Shown one piece after another: positions 18,194 to 28,900 of a DNA stretch of 64,000 nt. The notes under the pieces are model-generated. The model searched no databases. It saw nothing but the letters and a program-made list of their open reading frames with translations, and was not told the DNA's origin. The translations under genes and the position numbers were made by a program. The DNA comes from an uncultured Actinomycetota bacterium (GTDB lineage Bacteria > Actinomycetota > Thermoleophilia > Solirubrobacterales > Solirubrobacteraceae), in NCBI GenBank assembly GCA_963737115.1, contig CAVTRM010000010.1, positions 84,939 through 148,938 of the forward strand, written 5' to 3'. Position 1 is the stretch's first letter, and every line of letters starts with the position of its first letter.

Positions 18194-19440
18194 GCGCCGC
18201 GCGGCCCGGTCACCGCGTCACTACGCGGCACGCGCAGGCGCTCTATCCATTCACAGCTCCGGGCGGACTCGGTGGTCGGGGCGCGTTCATCGGCCGCGAC
18301 AGCAGCGGCAGCGCGTTTTGCTTTGACCCGTGGGTGCTTTACGACGACGGCCTGCTTGACGATCCGAACGCGATCGTGGTCGGCAAACTCGGCCAAGGCA
18401 AGAGCGCGCTGGTGAAGACGCTACTGTGGCGGATGCTGCTGTTTGGCAGACGCGCGTTCGTGCTCGACGTGAAGCGCGAATACGGGCCGCTGTGCGCCGC
18501 GGTGGGCGTGGAACCGGTATCGCTCAGACCGGGTGGAGGCGTGCGTCTGAACCCGCTTGCCGCGCGGCCTGAGGAACATGCACAGATCGAGTTGCTACGC
18601 GCGATCGCGACCACCGCGATCGGCGAGCCGCTCAGCCAGGTGGAGGCGGGGGCGCTGCGGGAGGCCCTACGCACGGTGCGGGCCGCGGGCGAAGAGCCGA
18701 CATTGCCAGAGATCGCACGGCTGATGTTTGATCCGCCGTCCGAAATGGCGTTTCGGTTGCGTACCGTGCCGTCCGAGCTGGCCGTTGAGAGCAGGCGTGC
18801 GGCGCTGGCACTGCAGGACCTCTGCGAGGGCCCGTTGAAAGGCCTGTTCGACGGCCCGACCACGCCGGGACTTGACCTTGACGCCCGGCTGCTGGTGATC
18901 GACCTGCACGCGGTCCGTGACTCTCCCGCAGTCGGGATCTTGATGGCCTGCGCGAGCGCATGGATGGGAGCGCTGCTGGCACGAATGGCGGAACAACCCG
19001 GCCGCGGGCGCCTGATCAACGTCGCCGACGAGGCCTGGAAGATCGTCCAGCACCAGGGTCTTGCACCGTGGTTCCAGTCGAATTTCAAGCTCGCGCGTCA
19101 ATTCGGGGTGATGAACCTGGTGGTACTGCACAAGCTCGGAGACCTGCAGGCGGCCGGCGACTCCGGCTCGCGCTCAGCGCGGATCGCCGAGGGCCTTGTC
19201 GCCGATACCTCGACCCGGGTCCTCTACCACCAGGATGAGAGCCAGATCGAGTTGACGCGCACGTTGCTGGGACTGTCGTCGACGGAGGCACGGTTGCTCA
19301 CGCAGCTCTCGTCGGGCCAGGCGTTGTGGCGTGTGGGCACGCGTTCATTCGTGGTGCAGCACTGTCGCTCGGCCCTGGAGACGCGGCTGACCAATACCGA
19401 CAGCGGCATGCGGCTGGACCAGAACGGAGGACAGCGATGA
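18190..19440 (+). CDS. VirB4-like ATPase (C-terminal ATPase-only type)
   Basis: Walker A GKLGQGKS, Walker B INVADEAW, KLARQFG; FCFDPW...L..PN. Confidence 0.85.
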   Translation: MSAARPGHRVTTRHAQALYPFTAPGGLGGRGAFIGRDSSGSAFCFDPWVLYDDGLLDDPNAIVVGKLGQGKSALVKTLLWRMLLFGRRAFVLDVKREYGPLCAAVGVEPVSLRPGGGVRLNPLAARPEEHAQIELLRAIATTAIGEPLSQVEAGALREALRTVRAAGEEPTLPEIARLMFDPPSEMAFRLRTVPSELAVESRRAALALQDLCEGPLKGLFDGPTTPGLDLDARLLVIDLHAVRDSPAVGILMACASAWMGALLARMAEQPGRGRLINVADEAWKIVQHQGLAPWFQSNFKLARQFGVMNLVVLHKLGDLQAAGDSGSRSARIAEGLVADTSTRVLYHQDESQIELTRTLLGLSSTEARLLTQLSSGQALWRVGTRSFVVQHCRSALETRLTNTDSGMRLDQNGGQR

Positions 19441-20903
19441 ATGTGCCGATTATTCCGCTTGCCGCGTTGATCATGGCGTGCGTGCTGGCCGTGCTTGGAC
19501 GTGAAGGACGCAACGCTGACGCGCGTTCCCGCGGCGGGAGCGACCGCGGTGCCCGCTGGGCCAGCTGGCTCGATGTGTCACCGCTACGCAGCAGGGCAGC
19601 CACGAAGCACGCCGTTGGCCGGCTGGTGCTGGGCTACCGCGGACGCTCGTTGTTGCGAGCCGAGCAGCGCCATGCGCTGGTGGTCTTCGGCCCCCCGCAG
19701 TCCGGCAAATCAGCTGGACTCGCGATCCCGGCGCTGCTCGAGTGGAACGGCCCCGCGGTCGCCTCATCAATCAAGACGGATCTGCTGGGAGCGACGCTCA
19801 AACAACGGGCTCGACTCGGCGAAGCGTTGATCTACGACCCCTTCCAGCTATCCGGAGTCGCCTCGCACAGCTGGAGCCCGCTGCATTCCGCCTGCACGTG
19901 GGACGGCGCACTCGAGGTCGCGTGGCGGCTGGCCTCGGCCGCCGAGATGGATCAGCGCGGCGTCGAGGGCGGGGATTTCTGGGCGGTGGCCGCTGAACAG
20001 CGACTCGCGCCGCTGCTCTACGCGGGCGCCCGCGGCGGCGGCGGGATCGAGCAGGTCGTAGCCTGGGCCTACGGGCAGCGCACGCGCACCCTCGACACGA
20101 CTCTTGACGAGCTGGCCATGGCGGCTCGCACCGAGCTCGAGGCCGACGATGCACGTTCCGCGTTTGACGGGGTCCAGGCCTTCAACGCCCAGGCCGACCG
20201 CACGCGTACCTCGATCGAGGCCACCGTTCAGACGCTGCTTCGCGCCTACCGCTTCCGACGGGTGATGCACTCCGCAACCAGCAGTCAAATTACGGCGGAA
20301 CGGTTGCTCCGCAGCCGCTCGACGCTCTACCTGATCGGTGACGCGAAGGCGTCGAAGCTGCTGCGGCCGCTGTTCCTCGCACTGTTGTCCGAAGTCGTCG
20401 ACCATGCCTATGAGCTCGCCAACCGGCAAGGTGGACGGCTGAAGCTGCCGTTACTGGTCTGCCTCGACGAAGCCGGCAACGTGGCGCCCCTGCCGAACCT
20501 GGCCGAGGTGGCGTCAACGGCACCCAGCCACAACATCCAGCTCATCTCTATCTTCCACGACCTGGCGCAGGCGCGCAGCCGCTATCACGGCCAGGCGGAG
20601 ACGGTCGTGAACGCGCACCGCGCGCGGATGCTGCTGCCGGGGGTCGCCGATCTCGACACGCTGCGTTACTTCTCGAGCCTGGCGGGCGAGCAGGAGCACA
20701 CCGAGTTCACGCGCACCACTGGCAGGGGTGGCAGTAGTCGCTCCACAGCCCGGCGCCGTACCCCGCTGATCTCGCCCGAGGCCCTGAGGCAGCTGCCGCA
20801 GGGCCACGCGCTGCTGCTGTACGGGCGGATTGCGCCAGTGAAGCTGCGACTGCGACTGTGGTTCAAGGATCGGCAGCTGCGACGGCTCGGGGGCTCGCGA
20901 TGA
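19437..20903 (+). CDS. VirD4/TraG-like type IV coupling protein
   Basis: N-terminal TM, GPPQSGKS, SIKTDL, DFW, LLVCLDEAGNVAPLPNL, R.L.SPE.LRQLP.G. Confidence 0.85.
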   Translation: MNVPIIPLAALIMACVLAVLGREGRNADARSRGGSDRGARWASWLDVSPLRSRAATKHAVGRLVLGYRGRSLLRAEQRHALVVFGPPQSGKSAGLAIPALLEWNGPAVASSIKTDLLGATLKQRARLGEALIYDPFQLSGVASHSWSPLHSACTWDGALEVAWRLASAAEMDQRGVEGGDFWAVAAEQRLAPLLYAGARGGGGIEQVVAWAYGQRTRTLDTTLDELAMAARTELEADDARSAFDGVQAFNAQADRTRTSIEATVQTLLRAYRFRRVMHSATSSQITAERLLRSRSTLYLIGDAKASKLLRPLFLALLSEVVDHAYELANRQGGRLKLPLLVCLDEAGNVAPLPNLAEVASTAPSHNIQLISIFHDLAQARSRYHGQAETVVNAHRARMLLPGVADLDTLRYFSSLAGEQEHTEFTRTTGRGGSSRSTARRRTPLISPEALRQLPQGHALLLYGRIAPVKLRLRLWFKDRQLRRLGGSR

Positions 20904-21295
20904 GGGCTCTGGACTGGCGGTCGGTGCCCAAGGAGGAGCGCTGGATCTGGTGGGAGGGACTGTGGCTCGAGGTCTGCGGCCTGCGTGTCCGCTACGAGCT
21001 ACCGATCCGCTACGGCTGGTGGGAGCATCCGGTGCAGCTGGAGACGCTCGCGGCGCTGGTCGCCTGGACCGGCGCCTACGACGACGGCGAGTGGGACGAC
21101 GCCCCCGGAAAGCTGTCGCTGCTGCTCGATCTCGAGCGGATCGGTGACCTCCTGCGCGACGGAAACGACCCGTTCTACCCCGAGCGACACCGTGATGCCT
21201 TCGAAGATCACCTCAAAGGGATAGGCTGTGGCCCGCCAGGACATACCACACCTTCGATCCCGGAAGCGAGACATGGGACTATCCACGAAGACTAA
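20900..21295 (+). CDS. Hypothetical Trp-rich protein (DUF4913-like, conjugation-associated)
   Basis: WW(E)H(P)..LE.LAAL..W pattern; ATGA coupling to virD4. Confidence 0.55.
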   Translation: MRALDWRSVPKEERWIWWEGLWLEVCGLRVRYELPIRYGWWEHPVQLETLAALVAWTGAYDDGEWDDAPGKLSLLLDLERIGDLLRDGNDPFYPERHRDAFEDHLKGIGCGPPGHTTPSIPEARHGTIHED

Positions 21296-22667
21296 GGACA
21301 AAGGCGACAGACAGGTCAAGCCGGCGTTTCACTTGTCGCTGCCGGACGCGTACGTGCCGGAACACCACCTCGCAGATCACGGACTTGGCCAGGATGCGAC
21401 CTTCGACATCCTCCAGAACGAGCTGCTGCTCGACGGCCAGGCGCGCCTGAACCTTGCCACCTTCGTCACCACCTGGATGCCGCCTAAGGCCGCCGAGATG
21501 ATGACGGACACGGCCGACAAGAACATGATCGACAAGGATGAGTACCCGCAGACCGCGGCGATCGAGGCCCGCTGCGTGAACATCCTTGCCGACCTTTGGC
21601 ACGCCGACCAGGCCGAGGAGGCGACCGGCTGCTCGACGACCGGCTCAAGCGAAGCCGCGATGCTTGCGGGCATGGCGCTGAAGTGGCGCTGGCGCGCGAA
21701 GATGAAGGCCGCCGGCAAGCCCACCGACAAGCCGAACCTGGTGACCGGCGCGAACGTGCAGGTCTGCTGGGAGAAGTTCATGCGCTACTGGGAGATCGAG
21801 CCGCGGTTGGTGCCGATGGAGGGCGACCGTTTCCATCTCGATGCGGAAAGCATGATGCCCTACATCGACGAGAACACGATCGGGGTGGTGGCGGTCCTGG
21901 GCTCGACCTTTGACGGCAGCTACGAGCCGGTGTGGGACATCGCCCGTCGTCTCGATCGGCTGCAGGACGAGACCGGGCTCGACATTCCGATCCACGTCGA
22001 CGGCGCCTCCGGCGGATTCGTCGCACCGTTCCTGCAACCGGACCTGATCTGGGACTTCCGGATTCCGCGCGTGCATTCAATCAACGCCTCCGGCCACAAG
22101 TATGGGCTCGTATACCCGGGAGTCGGCTGGGCGGTCTGGCGCGACAAGAAGTCGCTGCCCGAGGATCTGATCTTCAATGTGAATTATCTGGGCGGCAACA
22201 TGCCGACCTTCGCGCTGAACTTCTCGCGGCCCGGCAGTGAGGTGATCGCCCAGTACTTCATGTTCATGGCGCTCGGCCGCGACGGCTATCGGCGGGTGAT
22301 GGAGAACGCGCAGAATGTGGCGACCTACCTGAGTTCCGAGATCGCCAAGCTCGGCCCCTACAGGTGCATCACCAAGGGTGATGAGCTACCGGTGTTCGCG
22401 TTCACGCTGAAGGATGACGTGAAGAACTACACGGTGTTCGACGTCTCCGACAAGATGCGTCAGCGTGGCTGGCTGATCCCGGCCTACAGCTTCCCCGAGA
22501 ACCGCGAGGACCTGAGCGTGCTGCGGATCGTGATCCGCGCGGGAATGTCGATGGACATGGCCGAGATGCTGATGACCCACCTGCAAGGAGCAACCGAAGA
22601 TCTGGAATCGCTGGAAGGCCCGCTGCCACGCATGAAGTCCGGTCCCAGGCAGGCCTTCAGCCACTGA
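21273..22667 (+). CDS. gadB: Glutamate decarboxylase (PLP-dependent)
   Basis: NLATFVTTWM, KNMIDKDEYPQT, GSSEA, IHVDGASGGF, SINASGHKYGL, FALNFSRP. Confidence 0.95.
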   Translation: MGLSTKTKDKGDRQVKPAFHLSLPDAYVPEHHLADHGLGQDATFDILQNELLLDGQARLNLATFVTTWMPPKAAEMMTDTADKNMIDKDEYPQTAAIEARCVNILADLWHADQAEEATGCSTTGSSEAAMLAGMALKWRWRAKMKAAGKPTDKPNLVTGANVQVCWEKFMRYWEIEPRLVPMEGDRFHLDAESMMPYIDENTIGVVAVLGSTFDGSYEPVWDIARRLDRLQDETGLDIPIHVDGASGGFVAPFLQPDLIWDFRIPRVHSINASGHKYGLVYPGVGWAVWRDKKSLPEDLIFNVNYLGGNMPTFALNFSRPGSEVIAQYFMFMALGRDGYRRVMENAQNVATYLSSEIAKLGPYRCITKGDELPVFAFTLKDDVKNYTVFDVSDKMRQRGWLIPAYSFPENREDLSVLRIVIRAGMSMDMAEMLMTHLQGATEDLESLEGPLPRMKSGPRQAFSH

Positions 22668-22684
22668 CCGAGAGGTCGGTTTAC

Positions 22685-22712
22685 GGGGCCTGGTCTAGCC
22701 GGACCAGGCCCC
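22685..22712. terminator. Hairpin between convergent gadB and glycerate kinase genes
   Basis: GGGGCCTGGTC-N6-GACCAGGCCCC. Confidence 0.7.
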
Positions 22713-22735
22713 TAGGCTGTGCCCCGGCTACGACG

Positions 22736-23767
22736 CTAGCGACCGCGGGCGCGATCGGCCGCGATCGTGCCGGCGATCATCTCGCCCGCCGCTTCGAGTT
22801 CGGCGATGTTCGTGGCTTCGACGATCAGCTGCAGGTCCAGCACGCGGGCGTCGAACCCGGAGAGGGCGTCAGAGCCGACCACCGCATGGCAGGGCACGCC
22901 GGCCTGCCGCGCGCGCGTGGCGACCTCTGAGATCAGCTTGCCCATCAGGCTCTGGCGGTCGAGCCTCCCCTCCCCGGTGATCACCGCCAGCGACTGGCGC
23001 ATGTGCGCGTCGTAGCCGATGCTGTTCAGCACGAACGGGGCGCCGGCAACCAGTTCCGCGCTGCATTGCGCCCAGAGCCCGCCGGCCAGACCCCCGGCAG
23101 CGCCGGTCATCGGCACACCGCGCGGATCGCGGTCGTAGCCCTCGGCCTGAGCGTTCAGCCTCGCGGTCAGCTCAATGACCTCGGCGCTGCTCGCGCCCTT
23201 CTGCGGGGCGAAGATCTCGGCGGCGAGCTCGAACGGCGTACGGACATCGCAGATCACGGTGAAGTCAACCGCAGCCAACTGCCGCTGGTCGAGTTCTTGC
23301 AGCGCCTGCAGCGCACCGGCGCCGCCGTCACTGGTGGCGCTGCCCCCGACCGCTACGTAGACCCGTTCGGCCCCGCGTCTGATCGCGTCGGCGATCAGCT
23401 CGCCGGTGCCGTAGCTCGAGGCCCTGATCGCGTCTCGTTGTTTCGGGTCCACCAGGTTCAGGCCGCTGGCCGCGGCCGTCTCGACGACGGCGATGCCGCG
23501 CTCGGAAAGCCCGTAGACGGCTTGCATCTGCCGTCCCAGCGGGTCGCTTGCGGTAGCGGTCACGAGCTTCAGCGACAGCGGCTCGAGCAGCGCCTGCAGC
23601 GTCCCCTCACCACCGTCCGCCACGGGCAGCACCAGCGCCGGTGTATCGATGCGCGCGGCGCCGCGCGCTAGCGCCTCCCCCACCTCGCGGCTGCTGAACG
23701 TGCCCTTGAAGCTGTCGCTGCAGATCAGGAGTTGGTTGAAGATGCCGGGCTTGCCTTGAAGGTCCAT
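22736..23767 (-). CDS. Glycerate kinase
   Basis: DSFKGT, PVADGGEGT, GGSATSDGG, F.PQKGA, GAAGG, TGEGRLDRQSLMGK. Confidence 0.92.
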   Translation of the reverse strand: MDLQGKPGIFNQLLICSDSFKGTFSSREVGEALARGAARIDTPALVLPVADGGEGTLQALLEPLSLKLVTATASDPLGRQMQAVYGLSERGIAVVETAAASGLNLVDPKQRDAIRASSYGTGELIADAIRRGAERVYVAVGGSATSDGGAGALQALQELDQRQLAAVDFTVICDVRTPFELAAEIFAPQKGASSAEVIELTARLNAQAEGYDRDPRGVPMTGAAGGLAGGLWAQCSAELVAGAPFVLNSIGYDAHMRQSLAVITGEGRLDRQSLMGKLISEVATRARQAGVPCHAVVGSDALSGFDARVLDLQLIVEATNIAELEAAGEMIAGTIAADRARGR

Positions 23768-23789
23768 GCCCGTCATCCTCTCAAAGCAC

Positions 23790-24791
23790 ATGACCGACTA
23801 CACGACAGTCTCAGCAGCCGGCCAGGAGCTACGCGTCTCCAACCCGCAAAAGGTGTTCTTTCCCGAGATCGGGGTGACCAAGCTGGACCTGATCGAGTAC
23901 TACCTGGACGTCTCCGAACAGGCGATCAACCACCTACGCAACCGACCGACCGTGCTGAAGCGGTACGTGAACGGCGCCTCGCAGGATCCGTTCTTCCAGA
24001 AGCGGATTCCGAACAACGCTCCGGACTGGTTGCAGTCCGATGTAATTCACTTTCCCAGTGGCCGCAGCGCGCGTGAGCTACTGCCCAATGACGCCGCCGC
24101 GCTTGTCTGGGGGGTGAATCTGGGCGTGATCGACTGGAATCCGTGGCCGGTCCGCAGCCCGGACCTCGATCATCCGGACGAGCTGCGCGTCGACCTCGAC
24201 CCCACCCCGGAGGCGACCTGGGACGATGTCCGCCAGGTGGCGCTGTGCGCGGGCGAGACGCTGAAGGACTTCGACCTCACTGGCTTCCCCAAGACCAGTG
24301 GCTCACGTGGGATCCACATCAACGTGCGGATCAAGCCCGAGCACGACTTCTTCCACGTGCGTCGTGCCGCGATCGCGCTGGCGCGCGAGGTCGAGCGCCG
24401 TGTCCCGGAGCTGGCCACCACGCGCTGGTGGAAGGAGGAGCGCCACGGCGTGTTCATCGACTACAACCAGAACGCCCGCGACCGCACGGTGGCATCCGCC
24501 TACAGCGTGAGGCCGACCCCGGACGCGCGCGTCTCGACGCCGCTGCGCTGGGATGAGGTCGCGGACGTTGACCAGCACGACCTGCGGATCGATACCGTGC
24601 GTCAGCGCCTGGCCGACGTCGGTGATCCCAGCGCCGAGATCGACGAGCATGTCGGCTCGCTGAACAAGCTGCTGGCGCAGGTCGAGGCCGACGAGCAGCA
24701 GGGACTCGGGGATGCCGCATGGCCGCCGCAGTTCGCCAAGCAGCCGGATGAGCCCAAGCGCGTTCAGCCGAGCCGCGCCAAGAAATCGTGA
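23790..24791 (+). CDS. LigD-type primase-polymerase domain protein (PrimPolC-like)
   Basis: SNP.KVFFP...TK.DL..YY, FFQKR, PDELRVDLDP, KTSGSRGIH, FIDYNQNAR.RT.ASAYSVR. Confidence 0.92.
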   Translation: MTDYTTVSAAGQELRVSNPQKVFFPEIGVTKLDLIEYYLDVSEQAINHLRNRPTVLKRYVNGASQDPFFQKRIPNNAPDWLQSDVIHFPSGRSARELLPNDAAALVWGVNLGVIDWNPWPVRSPDLDHPDELRVDLDPTPEATWDDVRQVALCAGETLKDFDLTGFPKTSGSRGIHINVRIKPEHDFFHVRRAAIALAREVERRVPELATTRWWKEERHGVFIDYNQNARDRTVASAYSVRPTPDARVSTPLRWDEVADVDQHDLRIDTVRQRLADVGDPSAEIDEHVGSLNKLLAQVEADEQQGLGDAAWPPQFAKQPDEPKRVQPSRAKKS

Positions 24792-24833
24792 GCGGCGGTT
24801 GCAAGCTGTGGGCTGCCCGCGGTCGTGGCTTGG

Positions 24834-25808
24834 CTATTCGGCCATCTGCGACAGCAGGCACTCACGCGGCGGTTTGTCATCACGCCAGCGCACGATCTTG
24901 GTCCCATGACGGATGCGGCCGCCGCTGACCTGGTCGAAGCTGACCTCGACCACCAGTTCGGGTCGCAGCGCGACCCATTCCAGTTCCTTGTCGCTCTTCC
25001 AGCGGCTCGGCTCGGCACTGCCGGTCTCACCGCTCTCATAAGGCTTCAACTGTTCAAGCAGCTTCTTCTTCTCAGCCGGCTTCAGTCCCGAAGAGTGCCC
25101 GACCACCCGCAGCGTGCCGTCGTCACCGTACAGCCCGAGGATCAGCGAGCCGACCGTGCCCGGCTCCTTGCCGGGACGGTAGCCGGTGACGACCGCATCC
25201 AGAGTGCGCAGTCTTTTGACCTTCACCATCGCGGTGCGTTTGCCGGGAAGGTAGGCGGACGAAAGGTCCTTTGCCACGACGCCTTCAGCAGTCTGCAGCC
25301 ACGGCTGCGCTTCGGCGAGTGAGTAGACGACCGGCGCCGGGGTCACCGAGGAATCGTCGAACTCGCCGCCTGCCAGTAACGCGCCGAGACGCTCGAGCCG
25401 GTCCCGCAGCGGCAGCTGCATCAGCACCTCGTCCGCGACGGCGAGCACGTCGAAGGCGATGTAGCGCGCCGGCGTTTGCTTGGACAACAGCTCGATCCGT
25501 GAGGCGGCCGGGTGGATACGTGCCTGTAGCGCGCCGAAGTCCTCGGGCTCGCCCTCGACGCCGGCCTTGGAGTCGATCACGATCTCCCCGTCGAGCACAT
25601 ATCTCCCGGGCGGAAACTTCAGCTCCGGAAAGTACCGCTCGAGTGGTTTGGAGCCGCGCGACTGCAGCACGAGCCCGTCGCCATCAACGAACGCCAGAGC
25701 TCTGAAGCCGTCGTGCTTCTGCTCGTACGCCCATTGCTCGCCGACGGGCAGTTCCGGCTTACCGCGGGCCAGCTGCGGCTCGATCGGCGCTTGGAGCGGT
25801 AGTCCCAT
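24834..25808 (-). CDS. ligC: ATP-dependent DNA ligase (LigC-like)
   Basis: YEQKHDGFRA motif I, LDGEIV, AFDVL, EGVVAK, Y.PGKR..VKVK, RHG.K..RWR.DK; adjacent to PrimPol. Confidence 0.88.
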   Translation of the reverse strand: MGLPLQAPIEPQLARGKPELPVGEQWAYEQKHDGFRALAFVDGDGLVLQSRGSKPLERYFPELKFPPGRYVLDGEIVIDSKAGVEGEPEDFGALQARIHPAASRIELLSKQTPARYIAFDVLAVADEVLMQLPLRDRLERLGALLAGGEFDDSSVTPAPVVYSLAEAQPWLQTAEGVVAKDLSSAYLPGKRTAMVKVKRLRTLDAVVTGYRPGKEPGTVGSLILGLYGDDGTLRVVGHSSGLKPAEKKKLLEQLKPYESGETGSAEPSRWKSDKELEWVALRPELVVEVSFDQVSGGRIRHGTKIVRWRDDKPPRECLLSQMAE

Positions 25809-25925
25809 GTGCGCACCATCGTACGACACGGCAGGCTGGACGAAGCTGGCCACGCATCGCGATTACGGAGTCAGCTGCCGGTGATGTACGCGCGACATCA
25901 CCGACAACCGGTTCTCCGTCCCCCT

Positions 25926-28900
25926 TTACCGTGAGCTCGCGAAGTAGACGTGTGGTGCGCGACCCGCATGCGGGCGGTCGAGCAACCAGCCGTTCTTCGG
26001 AACGCTCCAGGCGATCGTGGTAGTTCCTGCCGGGATCCGCTTCAGCGGTGCGGTCGTGCGCACCTTGCCAACGCCAGGTGTTGTGATCGCACGGTTGACC
26101 GCCGCCATCCAGGCCGCCTTTGATGACCCGGCGTTCAACTTGATCCGCAGAACCTGGTACTTGCCGGAGAACACGCTCTTGCCGTAGCTGGTCTCCCAGG
26201 TCCACGCGAGCGCGTTGTAGCGGAAGTTGGGCAGCGTAACCGAGCGTGTAACACGGTTTGCCGCGGCCTGCGTCTTGATGTGCCAGGTATCGACCTCGAA
26301 GGTCTTGGTCACCGGGTTGGCTACTGGGATCTTCACCGACGACGTGGCCTTCACGGTGCCGCCGCCGAGCTTGGTGCCGGTCGCGGTCCCGGTGTTGTTG
26401 ACGGTCTTGCGGCCGAGGTCGCTCTTGGTCGTGGTGTAGGTCGCCGTGCAGGTCTCGGACTGTCCGGCGGCCAGCTGCGTCTTCGGGCAGCTGATCTTGG
26501 AGAGCCCGCGCATCGGGTCGGTCACGACCACCGGATTCAGCGTCGAGCGTCCGGTGTTGGTCACCTTGTACGAGTAGGTGACCTTCTGCCCGGCGTGCGT
26601 GACCAGCTTCACGTTGGCGCTCTTGACCAGCTTGATCGCCGCCTCCGGAATCGTGAGCCTCGCCCTGGCTGTCACCTGCTGACCGTTGGGGCTGAGTCCG
26701 GTGGCGGTGCCGGTGTTGTGCAGCGCCCCCGCCGTGAGGTCGGCCTTGGTGGTCGTGTAGTGAGCGGTGCAGGTCATCGAGGCGTTCGGTGCCAGCGTGG
26801 TATGCGGGCAGCTCACCTTCGACAGGCCCTTCATCGGGTCGGTCACCTTCACCGTGTGGAGCGTGACGTTGCCGCTGTTGGTGACCTTGTAGGAGTAGGT
26901 CACCTTCTGGCCGGCTGCCGAGTAGGACTTGACGTTCGCGGACTTCACGATCTGGATCGCGGGATCCGAGTTGTCGGTGACCGCAGCAGTAGACGGAGGC
27001 GAGACTTCCGGGTCCCCCTGCGGGGTCGTTCCGGTCGCGACCGACGAGTCCTTGATCACGCCGTTGTCCATGTCCGTCTGGTTGACGACATAGGTTGCCT
27101 GGAAGATCGCTTCGTCGCCCGGGGCCATCGAGGTCACGATCGACTGGCCGCTCGCGGTCGCGCAGCTGCCCGAACCGGTCACGATCGTGGTGCAGGTCGG
27201 CGGGGTCGCGAGCTTGTCGCCGGGAGTCAACTGCGTGTCGGTGACGCCAACGTTGGTCAACGTCTCGTTGCCGGTGTTGGTCACATCGAATGTGTAGGTC
27301 ACGAGCTGACCGACGTGGGTGACCTCCAGCGGAGCGGCGGTCTTGTGGATCGTCAAGCCCGGATTCTGTGTGGCCGGGATCGTCAGCGACGACTGATCGG
27401 TCACGTTCACGCCGCTCGGGCTGGTCCCGTGCGCCGTACCGGTATTGCTGATCGAGCCATGGTCGACATCCGCCTGCGTGGTCGAATACGTTGCCGTGCA
27501 GGTCTCGTTGGCCCCTGGCGCGAGCGTCGCGTCCGGGCACGTAACCGCTGACAATCCGGTCATCGGATCGGTGACGTTGACATTGTGCAGCGTCACGTTG
27601 CCGGTGTTGGTCACCAGGTACGAGTAGGTGACGATCGTGTTCGCCGCCGAGTAGCTCGGCAGGTTCGCCGACTTCTTGATCGTGATCGCCGGATTCTGGT
27701 TCGCGGTCACCTTCGCCGTGGCCGGATCCGAGGTGTACGAGCTGTTGTCGGGCTCGGTCCCGGTCGCGACCGCGGAGTCGTCGATCTCGCCGTTGTCCAG
27801 GTCAGCCTGGGTCACGGTGTAGGTCGCGGTGAAGGTGGCCTTATCACCTGGCGCCATGCTCGACACGACCGACTCACCGTTGGAGCTGGTGCAGGTGCCG
27901 GAGCCGGTGTCGATCGTCTGGCAGGTGGGGCCCGAGGTCAGGGACCCCGCCGGTGCCTGCTGCGTGTCGGTGACGCCGACGTTGCTCATCGTCACGTTGC
28001 CGCTGTTGGTGACCGTGAAGGTGTAGGTCACGGTGGCGCCAACGGCCGAAACCGTGGCCGGGGACGGCGTCTTGGTGATCGTCAGCCCTGGCGTCTGGCT
28101 CGCAGGAATCGATACCGACGACTGTGCCGTGACGTTGTTTCCGCTCGGCGGCGTCCCGGTCGCAGTACCGGTGTTGTTCAGCGACCCGGCGTCGACATCA
28201 GCCTGCGTCGTCGTATAGCTCGCGGTGCAGGTCTCGGACTTGGTCGGAGCCAGCGACGTGTCCGGGCAGGTGATCGCAGACAGGCCACTCATCGGGTCGG
28301 TCACGGTCACCGGATCCAGCGTCACGTTGCCGGTGTTGGTCACCAGGTAGTAGTAGGTGATCGCGGTGTTCGGAGCCGAATACGAGGCCACGCTTGCGGA
28401 CTTCGTGAGCGTGATAGCCGGGCTCTGCGTAGCCGTCACCGTCGCGGTGGCCGGCTGTGAGGTCTCCGATCCACCGGATGGTGTGGTTCCGGTAGCGACC
28501 GCGGAGTCGTGGATCGAACCGTGGTCGAGGTCGGCCTGCGTCACCGTATAGGTCGCGGTGAACGTCGCCTCGTCACCCGGGGCCATCGAGCTGACGACGG
28601 ACTTGCCCGAGGCGGTGGTGCAGCTACCTGAGCCGCTTACGATCGTCGCGCAGGTCGGGCCGGAGGTCAACGCGCCTGCCGGAGCGGCCTGAGTGTCGGT
28701 CACGCCGACATCGGTCAGGGTCACGTTTCCGGAGTTCTTCACGTCGAACGTGTAGGTCACGGTCTGACCGACGGTTGACACCGAGGTCGGGCTCGGGGTC
28801 TTGGTGATCGTCAGTCCGGCCGACTGCGTTGCCGGGATCGACACCGAGGATTGCGCCGTAACGTTCGGGCCGCTCGGCGGCGTGCCGGTAGCGGTGCCGG

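Noticed and set aside
23790..25808. PrimPol + ATP-dependent ligase as a novel or NHEJ/phage module
   Set aside because: Matches the known actinobacterial LigC/PrimPolC repair pair; no Ku gene or phage genes nearby.
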